A stretch of 64,000 bases of DNA from a virus. Taxonomy: Duplodnaviria > Caudoviricetes. Positions 10,253-18,769 of this stretch are shown here, in pieces. The stretch is from positions 1 to 64,000 of IMG/VR virus record IMGVR_UViG_3300010352_002815; one strand, written 5' to 3'. The notes below the pieces were generated by a model. It saw only the letters and a list, made by a program, of their open reading frames with translations. It made no database searches and was not told the origin of the DNA. The translations under genes were made by a program, and so were the position numbers. Position 1 is the first letter of the stretch. Each line of letters begins with the position of its first letter.

Positions 10253-11275
10253 TCATTCTCCATACTTTAGCAGAAATTCATTGCTGACGGCTTTAAAAGA
10301 CAGTCTGCCTAATTTGATGTCAGTACTTTCTGGAAGTGATCTAAAGACCAAACCTTCACGCAGAGTTTCCGGATTAATTTTAGAACTACCATCTGCCATT
10401 TTGAGCAAATCATCTACAGTATGATTTAGTTCCAACGTTCCTAAGTTGGGTACTAGAAAGTCTTTTCCTAGGCCAAATGCCTCAACAGTATCAACCATTG
10501 TTTGACATTCTAGATAGCAGTGATTGATCATGTCCCAGAAATTAAAGACTCTGAAATGCAGACCCTTTAAATTATATTTGTTCTTTTGAATGCCTTCGCC
10601 GAATAATTCGCCTTGAAGGGCAATTGTACTACCTAATGTTTTTAGAATTTCTTCTAAGTTATGGTCCGTAGCGTATCGCCAATAAGCATCTCCATTATAT
10701 TTATGATCAAAATCTGGAGCCAAGTCAACGTTTCGAGAGCATACGTGCATGCCGGTTTCTGTATTCAGGTAAACAGACATTGACGTACCATCCAACTTTT
10801 CATTTACGTTGAATACTTTGCCTTTATGACGTTCCAAGACATCCGGAATGTTTTGAACGCGCATTTCATCGGTTTTTGGGACAGCTAACCGGAATATTGG
10901 ACACCTTACACGACCTCTTAACTGTACTGGAACAGGAGGTTCGTACTTAGTGATTCCTAGAAGTTCGGAAACGTCTTGGTCAACATTATAAGAACCTTCA
11001 GGAAGTATATCCATTGGAAAGCAGATTCCTTGAGAAGTGACTCCTCGTAGTCGACAAGTTTTAATCTTGAATTTTTTGCTTCTCATGAATTCGTATTCGG
11101 GTTTTTCTGGTAGTAGACTATCAGGTTCGCAAAATACAATTTTATCGCCTATTTTAAATTGGTCCTTTTTGATCACTGACTGCCAACCATCTATTCTTGC
11201 CAGTTCGATATTGTTTGCTTCTGGAATTGCATTGATATCCAGAATTTCTTTTATTGATGCCATTTGTCGAGACAT
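10253..11275 (-). CDS. RNA ligase, Rnl2/DRB0094 family
   Basis: N-terminal OB module (AIPEANNIELARIDGWQSV), motif I EKLDGTS, QGELFG, FRVFN, EGLVF, FKAVSNEFLLK. Confidence 0.92.
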   Translation of the reverse strand: MSRQMASIKEILDINAIPEANNIELARIDGWQSVIKKDQFKIGDKIVFCEPDSLLPEKPEYEFMRSKKFKIKTCRLRGVTSQGICFPMDILPEGSYNVDQDVSELLGITKYEPPVPVQLRGRVRCPIFRLAVPKTDEMRVQNIPDVLERHKGKVFNVNEKLDGTSMSVYLNTETGMHVCSRNVDLAPDFDHKYNGDAYWRYATDHNLEEILKTLGSTIALQGELFGEGIQKNKYNLKGLHFRVFNFWDMINHCYLECQTMVDTVEAFGLGKDFLVPNLGTLELNHTVDDLLKMADGSSKINPETLREGLVFRSLPESTDIKLGRLSFKAVSNEFLLKYGE

Positions 11276-11297
11276 TACTAATCACCAAATAAAATAT

Positions 11298-11729
11298 TTA
11301 AAATAAATTTTTTAATTCTTCATCTAACTCTTCTTCTAATTTTCGTATTTTGATATCATATAACAACGCAAGTACAATTTCTGGTCGAGTATTAAATATT
11401 TCGAATATATCTTTTGAATAACACTGATAACCATTGTCGTCTAAAAATAGTCGATAATCATCAGACAATTTGCTTATGTCTATACTAAGATGCGAACAAT
11501 TATGGTGATTAAATTTAATATCTACCATTGAACCTATTTTATAAAATGTTTCTTTTAATAACGCCCTCTTTGTATCATACTTATCTCGGATCTCTTTTTC
11601 AATAGCAAACTTTCTTCGATAGATTTCTGATTCTAAACGACTTTTTTCTGATAGAAGTTCCTGACACGTTAATTTTGTTAAGTTTTCTTGCTTACGATTA
11701 TTATAGTCAATGTAATTTCCGGTATTCAT
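11298..11729 (-). CDS. hypothetical protein
   Basis: ORF with GGAGG SD. Confidence 0.55.
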   Translation of the reverse strand: MNTGNYIDYNNRKQENLTKLTCQELLSEKSRLESEIYRRKFAIEKEIRDKYDTKRALLKETFYKIGSMVDIKFNHHNCSHLSIDISKLSDDYRLFLDDNGYQCYSKDIFEIFNTRPEIVLALLYDIKIRKLEEELDEELKNLF

Positions 11730-11730
11730 T

Positions 11731-12006
11731 TCATCCCTCCAATGCGAACTTTATAAAGTTAATGGTATCTTGGTTATCTGAAATTTTACCATCAATGGAT
11801 TCAATGGCTGCGTCATGTTCAACTGGTACGTTATTTTCATCAAAGACTTTGACATCATGACTTTTTATAAGGTCTCTCGAAGAGGACATTATGGAATTTT
11901 CTTCTTGAAGTTCCTGGATAAATTCTGACCATAATGCTTTGTCTGAAAAGTCAGCTTCCCAATCGTTGATGTCATAACGAACGTTATTTATCCAACAGAT
12001 GGCCAT
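11731..12006 (-). CDS. hypothetical acidic protein
   Basis: Tightly packed ORF. Confidence 0.5.
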   Translation of the reverse strand: MAICWINNVRYDINDWEADFSDKALWSEFIQELQEENSIMSSSRDLIKSHDVKVFDENNVPVEHDAAIESIDGKISDNQDTINFIKFALEG

Positions 12007-12234
12007 TTAAATCGCCTTCTTACCAGTTTTTGCATCTAATATAAGATATTCGCTATTTCTTGATACAACAGCTTCTTTTTGTTCTTTAAATGCATTGAGA
12101 TCATTTGAACTATTTACATAAAGCCAGGTACTATGATCTTTTTTTCTGAAATAAAAATCATATGCCATAGCAGGATTACTTTTCTTAGGATTAATCGGAT
12201 ATCCTGTATAAAAATCCTTAAACGTACCTTTCAT
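12007..12234 (-). CDS. hypothetical protein
   Basis: GGAGG SD, tightly packed. Confidence 0.5.
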   Translation of the reverse strand: MKGTFKDFYTGYPINPKKSNPAMAYDFYFRKKDHSTWLYVNSSNDLNAFKEQKEAVVSRNSEYLILDAKTGKKAI

Positions 12235-12386
12235 TTAAATCCCTCCAAATTGTTCAAGTGACGCTACCAAAAATACTACCAGCATCCATAAAAAGGCAAC
12301 TATTCCTTGGTATTGCTCTTCAATGTATGGTAATTTTGATCCTACCATCAATGTAACTAAAGTAGTAATAACCATATCTCCAATTC

Positions 12387-12761
12387 CTAACATGGGTTGG
12401 TCTCCATAAATTTGCTTGAAATCAATTTAGTCATTTTAAGTGAATAATCATCGGTGTGATCCGAAGCCCTAGTATACCTAAATGGAAGAGCCTCAAACTC
12501 AATGATCATATTTGGCATGATTCTACTATAAACAATTGGTACTGCTGGAATTTCCTTACCAACAGTTAATATAAGGTGGTCAATATTTATCAGGCCATCG
12601 CTACTTTTAATGTCCTTAAGCAACTTTTGAATTGCAATTTTCCCTCCAAACCTTATGTTATTCCTGCGCCAGCCTATCACAGCCTGGAACGTCGTTGGTG
12701 GAGCTTTTTGGTCGTAGAGTCGTTTCAAACTATCCCGAATACTAATTCCTCCTAATTTCAT
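12387..12761 (-). CDS. hypothetical protein (probably leaderless)
   Basis: ATG ~24 nt downstream of the TATA box of the promoter at 12783-12802. Confidence 0.55.
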   Translation of the reverse strand: MKLGGISIRDSLKRLYDQKAPPTTFQAVIGWRRNNIRFGGKIAIQKLLKDIKSSDGLINIDHLILTVGKEIPAVPIVYSRIMPNMIIEFEALPFRYTRASDHTDDYSLKMTKLISSKFMETNPC

Positions 12762-12782
12762 CTAAGTAGCAATTATTTTAGG

Positions 12783-12802
12783 AGTATTTAAAGGTTTTGG
12801 CT
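12783..12802 (-). promoter_or_regulatory. BRE/TATA-type viral promoter
   Basis: Minus strand AGCCAAAACCTTTAAATACT. Confidence 0.7.
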
Positions 12803-13061
12803 ATAAACGTTTCAAAAGTAAGTTTTTGTCCAAATTTTTGTCTTTTTTATTAGTATTATATACTACTTTATAGTATATATAATAGTATATAGTATAATAT
12901 ATAGTATAATAGTAGTTACTAATAGTGAATATATAGTAATATGGTAACTAAAATTAATAATGAAATAGTCCTTAATAGTTTAGTAGTATAGGGAAAATAC
13001 TATAATGACTTGGAGTTGTTTACTAATAACGGTTTTACTAAAAATAGTAAATAGTAGTACC
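12803..13061. repeat. AT-rich non-coding tract with ~10 TAGTA(T) iterations; candidate replication origin
   Basis: No ORF; repeated TAGTA; C-depleted plus strand. Confidence 0.5.
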
Positions 13062-13403
13062 TTATAGATGTTTATTTCTTTCAAATCTATGATACTTGGT
13101 CACGAATATATAATCAGTCATTGGTAATAAGTTTCTTTTTATAAAATCCACTAATAATACAAATGCATCAATCACATCATATGTATCCAAATAAAATCCA
13201 GGTGAAAATATTCCAGTATCATATAACCAGCATAACTGATTCATACAAAATTCGTTATCATTTAAATGAATTATATCTTCTTTGCTGATATACAAACATG
13301 GACGATCAAATTGTTCTTTATTTGGTATTAACATAGGATATTCTTTATGTACTAGGTCATGAAACTCATCAAACGTCATAATGGTAACATCATTTATTTT
13401 CAT
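13062..13403 (-). CDS. hypothetical protein
   Basis: GGTGA SD; divergent promoter at 13437-13470. Confidence 0.55.
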   Translation of the reverse strand: MKINDVTIMTFDEFHDLVHKEYPMLIPNKEQFDRPCLYISKEDIIHLNDNEFCMNQLCWLYDTGIFSPGFYLDTYDVIDAFVLLVDFIKRNLLPMTDYIFVTKYHRFERNKHL

Positions 13404-13436
13404 GTCTTATCACCAAACTACTTATTAGTATCCTTC

Positions 13437-13470
13437 CTATAAATACCTTTTGCCAAAAGGTTTATATACT
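13437..13470. promoter_or_regulatory. divergent promoter pair
   Basis: Plus strand GCCAAAAGGTTTATATACT (13452-13470), minus strand GCAAAAGGTATTTATAG, located at a strand switch. Confidence 0.65.
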
Positions 13471-13489
13471 CCAAAATTAACCAAATATT

Positions 13490-13717
13490 ATGCCAAATAT
13501 GATTAAGGTTTGGACATGGTTAACAGCTCCAAAAAAGTATAAGAAATTGTCGAAATACGGTGGTGATGAAGATTGGTTAGTCTACGTTCCAATAGAGCTT
13601 TTAAAGGACGTTGAAGGTACGCGATGGCTTGAAAATATCGATGCTATTCAAAAGCCTGAAAAGATTATCATCCCAAATGGAACCGGTGACGTCATCTTTG
13701 TTGGTGGACATGCTTAG
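13490..13717 (+). CDS. hypothetical protein (leaderless)
   Basis: ATG ~22 nt after the TATA box. Confidence 0.6.
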   Translation: MPNMIKVWTWLTAPKKYKKLSKYGGDEDWLVYVPIELLKDVEGTRWLENIDAIQKPEKIIIPNGTGDVIFVGGHA

Positions 13718-14030
13718 ACGTTTCTTAATTTTTTTGAAGCCACGTTTCCTATATTATAGACAAATCAAAAGAGTAGCAGATAGTTCTGACCATCGGTTTA
13801 ATAATATTAGAGTTTCTGAAATCTTGGAAACTATGAAAAAGAACCATAAAATAACTCATTACAATGTTAGTTATTCCAATGTTGACTTAATTGAAAATAA
13901 ATATAAAATATTTAATAAAACTACTACAGAACATTTATTCACTATACTAGAAGTCATATTTATAATAATGTTTTTCTGCTGGATGATAATAATGTTAAAT
14001 CTATTATTGAATGCAATTTCGGAGGTATAA
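13710..14030 (+). CDS. hypothetical protein with C-terminal TM helix
   Basis: Likely start ATG 13710 after GGTGG; hydrophobic C-terminus. Confidence 0.5.
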   Translation: MLRRFLIFLKPRFLYYRQIKRVADSSDHRFNNIRVSEILETMKKNHKITHYNVSYSNVDLIENKYKIFNKTTTEHLFTILEVIFIIMFFCWMIIMLNLLLNAISEV

Positions 14031-14032
14031 CA

Positions 14033-14263
14033 TTGTCCACGTATAAAGAAGTCTATGAAAAATACTTAAATGAATTACAAAAATTGGCTAATACGCTTAC
14101 TCATAGTAGCGAAAATATTAAATTGTTTGAAATTGCAGAAAAAATGAAAACCACTAAATTAATTGAAAATTATAAATTATTGGACAATGGACTAACATAT
14201 CCTAAGTCGTTATATTTACAAAGGTATCCTGACGAGCATTATAATAAGATTTTCGAGGAATAG
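14033..14263 (+). CDS. hypothetical protein
   Basis: GGAGGT SD before TTG. Confidence 0.55.
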   Translation: MSTYKEVYEKYLNELQKLANTLTHSSENIKLFEIAEKMKTTKLIENYKLLDNGLTYPKSLYLQRYPDEHYNKIFEE

Positions 14264-14644
14264 TGTCTAAAGAACTTCCGGAATCACTTATAAAGCTCGC
14301 TATTAAGCTTTCTGAAAAAAGTGAGATGCGTTATCATTTATCCGCTATTATATTTGATAAAAAATACAATATAATTAATACTGGATATAATTAATACTGG
14401 ATATAATAGGTGGCTCTGTTGTGGACATTATGACGTTAAGCCACTTCGATCTTCCATCCACGCCGAAGAAGACGCCATTATAGGATGTTCCAGGCGCGAA
14501 CTTTACAATGCATCCATATTTGTATTTCGGAAAAACTTCGGAAATGCTAAGCCGTGTCATAATTGCATGAAATTAATCCAACATGCTAAAATCAAACAAA
14601 TCTATTATTCAGAAACCGGCACCATTTCAAAAATAGTTTTATAA
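14263..14644 (+). pseudogene. Zn-dependent cytidine/dCMP deaminase-family gene interrupted by a 16-bp tandem duplication
   Basis: GTG 14263 ...IINTGYN* (TAA 14392-14394). Removing one repeat copy gives a 121-aa ORF with SIHAEEDAI and KPCHNC motifs. Confidence 0.85.
14369..14407 (+). repeat. perfect tandem repeat of ATAATTAATACTGGAT (2.4 copies)
   Basis: 14371-14386 is identical to 14387-14402. Confidence 0.95.
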
Positions 14645-14655
14645 CTTCGGTTTTC

Positions 14656-14675
14656 AACCAAAAACTTTATATAGT
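14656..14675 (+). promoter_or_regulatory. BRE/TATA-type viral promoter with no ORF downstream
   Basis: AACCAAAAACTTTATATAGT. Confidence 0.65.
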
Positions 14676-14694
14676 AGAACAACGTTTTATTATT

Positions 14695-14748
14695 GTCCCC
14701 AAACCGTCGGAAAGGAAAAGGAGTTTCATCTAACTTCTTTTTCTTTTT
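14695..14748 (+). ncRNA. candidate ~55-nt small RNA ending in a 17-bp hairpin
   Basis: 14709-14725 pairs with 14732-14748 using 4 G-U pairs, valid only on the plus strand; own promoter. Confidence 0.45.
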
Positions 14749-14772
14749 GATGAAAATACTATTTTATTGCCG

Positions 14773-15336
14773 TTAATACTGCGGCGTATTGCCATATGAA
14801 TCCATATACATATACCCGTTGTACTCAGAAGTTCTTAAATAGGTCCCGGTGCAATATGACGGTATAGTTGAACTTACTGGAGCACTACCATATTTGATAA
14901 AATACCTATATGACTTGATTAAAAGATATGCTTCTCCTTGATCTGTTGGTTCATAATTTTTATATTCTTTATTAAATATTTTATCTTGTATGAAGGCACT
15001 CATTAGATCGCTATTTCTATGATGTTTTAATTTTACCACGTACTTCATATTTCTGGTAAGATAGTCATAGGTAGCAAAGAACAATCCGTCCATTTCGTCA
15101 TCGTACCACATGCGAGGATGTACTTTTTTAAGGTGATCTAATAAGTCCAGCGGCACTTGAACCTTTGAATTAACCATAATGATTATTGTTTTGTCGTGGG
15201 TTCGATGCCTATTTTGAAAACGAAATACAAAATCTGGCATATGACTATTAAGCCATTTTCGGAAAGAATACCTAATTAACATTTTGTGACTCCATGAATC
15301 TATCGTACGCCGTACATATGTTTCTTGCCAAGCCAA
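14773..15336 (-). CDS. hypothetical protein
   Basis: 187-aa ORF. Confidence 0.55.
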   Translation of the reverse strand: MAWQETYVRRTIDSWSHKMLIRYSFRKWLNSHMPDFVFRFQNRHRTHDKTIIIMVNSKVQVPLDLLDHLKKVHPRMWYDDEMDGLFFATYDYLTRNMKYVVKLKHHRNSDLMSAFIQDKIFNKEYKNYEPTDQGEAYLLIKSYRYFIKYGSAPVSSTIPSYCTGTYLRTSEYNGYMYMDSYGNTPQY

Positions 15337-15382
15337 ATTCTGTCAACGTACCGGTTTTAAAATATACGTTTCCAGATATTTT

Positions 15383-15946
15383 TCACAACGTCACCTCTAA
15401 CATATCAAACGGCCGCATAACTTCCGGACAAAATCTTTCCGCAGATTCCAACGCTAACATTAATCGAGCTTTTGATGTCATTCCAAAGCACTCCTCGAAA
15501 CCATCAGTAGTGTGCAAAGACCCCAGGGCATAGTTTCGGCCGCTTCCGATTGCGATATAGTCAGACTTATGTGCTGTTACGCCATAGTCATAGCTAACTC
15601 GGAATATTTCATTGTCAACTGTTATCAGGAAATTAGCGTCCATTCTATGACATTCCAATTCATGACCTAATACATTATTGGAGTCCATGATGGTTTTGAT
15701 AGCAGGTACTATACCTTTAACGACATATTTATAATTGGAGTCATAATTATTTGACGGTAATTCAAAATAATTATCAACCAAAGAACCTTCGTGGCAGTTA
15801 CCTGCTCCTCCTATCAACACGTTATCAGACAATTTAATGATTTTAGGCAGATTACTGATCTCCCGGAAGGTTTGATCATATGTCAGGCAACGATCCGCAG
15901 CCATTATCATATTAGAAGGTGTTCGAAGGGCTATTATGCAAGTCAA
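15383..15946 (-). CDS. proteasome-beta/HslV-like Ntn-hydrolase (Thr protease)
   Basis: N-terminal M-T-C-I-I-A, AADR, PKI, IGGAG, YIAIGSG...ALGSL. Confidence 0.8.
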   Translation of the reverse strand: MTCIIALRTPSNMIMAADRCLTYDQTFREISNLPKIIKLSDNVLIGGAGNCHEGSLVDNYFELPSNNYDSNYKYVVKGIVPAIKTIMDSNNVLGHELECHRMDANFLITVDNEIFRVSYDYGVTAHKSDYIAIGSGRNYALGSLHTTDGFEECFGMTSKARLMLALESAERFCPEVMRPFDMLEVTL

Positions 15947-15966
15947 TATATGTCAACTCCGTTTAG

Positions 15967-16230
15967 TTAAACAATCGGCAATATTTCTGCGATTATTTCC
16001 GTATCTGTTGGTTTAGGATGATTAATAGTATGTACCATATATTTGTATATTAATATATGATTTTTTCGTAAGATTATATAAAAACTTGAATAAGATATAT
16101 TAAGAAGGTGTTGTTTATCAACTTTTATATATCTGGTGATATGATTTCCTATGAGATCTATTTTATACTTAGCTGGAATATACGTTATTTTATTACTTGG
16201 TACTGCCCATACTGATATCCAGTTACTCAC
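15967..16230 (-). CDS. hypothetical protein
   Basis: GGTGA SD, GTG start. Confidence 0.45.
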   Translation of the reverse strand: MSNWISVWAVPSNKITYIPAKYKIDLIGNHITRYIKVDKQHLLNISYSSFYIILRKNHILIYKYMVHTINHPKPTDTEIIAEILPIV

Positions 16231-16236
16231 TAGTAA

Positions 16237-16536
16237 TCACCCCAGTTCATAATAATCGCAGGAAACTTTATATGCAACTATAATAAAGTTAATATCTGAT
16301 ATAAAATCAATAAGATTATTATAGTCTCTTTCGTAATTGGTATACATAGTAAAATATTTTTGATAAAATGATATTGTAGTTCTTATAATAATAACTTTAG
16401 AATCTAGGTCGAGTGATAAATCTTCTATTAATTCTTTGTTTAGCGAAAATCCTGCTTTTAATATATCCGGAAGATTATTTATATCTAGTTCCATAAATGA
16501 TCGTATTAAATTAGCATTGTCTTTATTTAATTGCAT
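16237..16536 (-). CDS. hypothetical protein
   Basis: TAATG coupling with the upstream gene. Confidence 0.5.
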   Translation of the reverse strand: MQLNKDNANLIRSFMELDINNLPDILKAGFSLNKELIEDLSLDLDSKVIIIRTTISFYQKYFTMYTNYERDYNNLIDFISDINFIIVAYKVSCDYYELG

Positions 16537-16808
16537 TACCTATCACCAGAATACGATACTATATGAAGTTTGTTTTTAGTTACATGATGAATAACATTTG
16601 TTAATATACAATTATTATGTATTATTCGACCGTCATTTCGACATATAGAAAAATTGCAATTAGATAATTTTAACATATCATTTATATTTACGGTGATACA
16701 CGGAAACGTAAGTTTATGCGAATTATGTCCGGTTTGAATTGTTACTGTTCTATTACTTTCATCAAAAATTGGTATTTTCTCTAATTTTATATTAGGAACT
16801 GCGTACAT
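16536..16808 (-). CDS. hypothetical protein
   Basis: GGAGGTGA SD. Confidence 0.5.
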   Translation of the reverse strand: MYAVPNIKLEKIPIFDESNRTVTIQTGHNSHKLTFPCITVNINDMLKLSNCNFSICRNDGRIIHNNCILTNVIHHVTKNKLHIVSYSGDR

Positions 16809-16811
16809 AAA

Positions 16812-17120
16812 TCACCTCCGTTTTGGCTTTGCAATTATGGTTGTTTTGATGGTTTCAGGCTTGCCTTTAGCCCACGTTCTGCCGCCGACTGGAATCAATT
16901 CAGTAGCAAACCTACTATGATTGACAGCAGACTTAGCTTCGAGTAATCCAGCTCCTCTCAATTCCTGTATGGAATCTATGATTTCGTTTTGGCGGTCAAA
17001 TTCCGCAAATTCGATTAGGTCGTCGACGGTCACTATACGGGTTTTATTGCGTTCCAAGATGCGTTTGAATAGTCGTTGGGTACTATCACCCAAAATACTT
17101 AATAAAGTATTTTCGGTCAT
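16812..17120 (-). CDS. putative winged-helix DNA-binding protein
   Basis: RLFKRILE...VTVDDLIE...IIDSIQELRGAGLLE pattern. Confidence 0.5.
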   Translation of the reverse strand: MTENTLLSILGDSTQRLFKRILERNKTRIVTVDDLIEFAEFDRQNEIIDSIQELRGAGLLEAKSAVNHSRFATELIPVGGRTWAKGKPETIKTTIIAKPKRR

Positions 17121-17276
17121 CTTACTGCCTCGATCCAGATAGACTTTACAAGATTGGTTGGTCCGTCCTTAATGATTTGTACGCAAGATTCGTAGGAATT
17201 TATTAGTTCGGATCTTGAAACTATATCTCCGAACAACATTGCTATTCTATATTTCATACTTAGTGATTAGTACGAA

Positions 17277-17296
17277 GGTTTAAATAGTTTTTGGTT
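17277..17296 (-). promoter_or_regulatory. BRE/TATA-type viral promoter
   Basis: Minus strand AACCAAAAACTATTTAAACC. Confidence 0.6.
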
Positions 17297-17747
17297 ATAC
17301 TTCAGAATATTGGAAGTCATAAGATTCATGACTATGGCAACGACAATTTATATGGTCGACTTCTGGTACGTTAGACGTGTCAAATAATATCGTTTCTTGC
17401 CGACGGAAGTTTGCTCTTAATGAAATATGCTGTGACGTAAAACATATTTTAATTAAATTATTTTCGTCTTGCATATGAGTTATTCGGCACTTTGAATATA
17501 TAGATTTATTAGAATCATTAATTATTCGAAATAGACTATTAGGTCGGATACGGTTTTTGTCGTCTTTTGAAATAAATATTGAGTGGTCTATGACAGTACG
17601 AGGTAGATAACTAGTACTATAAAAAGTCATTTGCTGTCCTTCTCGGAAAATTACTTGTGGTTCGGAAGTATAATATACTGCTAGATGTTGTTCGACTTCC
17701 GAACACTTAATAGGATCCAATTTATCTTCGAAAACAATCTTGGGCAT
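17295..17747 (-). CDS. hypothetical protein
   Basis: GGTGA SD. Confidence 0.5.
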   Translation of the reverse strand: MPKIVFEDKLDPIKCSEVEQHLAVYYTSEPQVIFREGQQMTFYSTSYLPRTVIDHSIFISKDDKNRIRPNSLFRIINDSNKSIYSKCRITHMQDENNLIKICFTSQHISLRANFRRQETILFDTSNVPEVDHINCRCHSHESYDFQYSEV

Positions 17748-17753
17748 TTTAAA

Positions 17754-18029
17754 TCACCATGGAATGATCATAAAGGTCATAGTAACCGAATAATCATTGT
17801 AATCATTGTAGTTGAAATGTTGATCTATGCCACATATGCTTATATTTGGATATATAATAGACCTATCATCGCTGCTACATATCATTGCATTTATTGGCAT
17901 ATTATCAGTTAGCAAGTGTTTCATTGCTTTATACGGCTGCGAAATTACAAGGCTACCACGATAATCAGAAGTCATCCAAGTTATATGACATTTTATTTCA
18001 ACTAATTTATCATGTGGTATTAATATCAT
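17754..18029 (-). CDS. hypothetical protein
   Basis: GGAG SD. Confidence 0.45.
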   Translation of the reverse strand: MILIPHDKLVEIKCHITWMTSDYRGSLVISQPYKAMKHLLTDNMPINAMICSSDDRSIIYPNISICGIDQHFNYNDYNDYSVTMTFMIIPW

Positions 18030-18375
18030 TAGTGGAGATCTCCTGTGTTTCGTGTATCAAGGATGCTCGAATTCCATTAAGAAGGTCTACAGTATCATAT
18101 AAACTGAAGCGGGATGCATCGCCGTCTTTATCAGGATAGATTTCCCAGTAAGGTTCGTCAACGGTTCCTAAATGACCATAGCAGTCTAAATACACCGATA
18201 CGAATCTATTATTAAAGGGATTTTTGACATAAAATCTTATTACTGCTCCTCCGAATGGTGGAACAACCCTGACTTTCCAGAACGGGTCGAAATCCAGATC
18301 AGGAATTTCTGATGCCCATTTACGAGTTTCCATGATGTTGTCGTAATTGTGATAAGTATCATAATTATTGGTCAT
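18010..18375 (-). CDS. hypothetical protein
   Basis: ATGA coupling; aromatic-rich globular sequence. Confidence 0.55.
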   Translation of the reverse strand: MTNNYDTYHNYDNIMETRKWASEIPDLDFDPFWKVRVVPPFGGAVIRFYVKNPFNNRFVSVYLDCYGHLGTVDEPYWEIYPDKDGDASRFSLYDTVDLLNGIRASLIHETQEISTNDINTT

Positions 18376-18761
18376 ACTTCACCTAAGAATTCTTCAGTGC
18401 ATTTTCCTGCCATAAATTCGTATATAAAGGTTTTATTATTACGAGGATATTCTGATACTATTTTATATCTAGTATTTAATTCTTTTGGATCTAACTGTGA
18501 GGAGGTTATTCGAAAAGGACTAAACATAAATTTAATTTTATCATCTAATATAAATTCCATGAAATTGATAAGGTCATCAGGTAGTTCTTCGTATGTTTCT
18601 ACAAGTCCGGTAATTGTTGGAGGACTTATTTCGTGAAAGTGCCCGCTTAATGGTTCTAATTTTTCACCACAGTACGGACAATACCAACCATGATTATATG
18701 GTTCTGCTATAAATTTTTCTATATTAGCAGATTTTGTAATAGAAATTGAATGTATTTTCAT
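18372..18761 (-). CDS. hypothetical protein with CPYCG motif
   Basis: GAGGT SD; CxxC. Confidence 0.5.
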   Translation of the reverse strand: MKIHSISITKSANIEKFIAEPYNHGWYCPYCGEKLEPLSGHFHEISPPTITGLVETYEELPDDLINFMEFILDDKIKFMFSPFRITSSQLDPKELNTRYKIVSEYPRNNKTFIYEFMAGKCTEEFLGEV

Positions 18762-18769
18762 TGTGACCT

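Noticed and set aside
14375-14560. Minus-strand 61-aa ORF in the track
   Set aside because: It is the antisense shadow of the interrupted deaminase gene.
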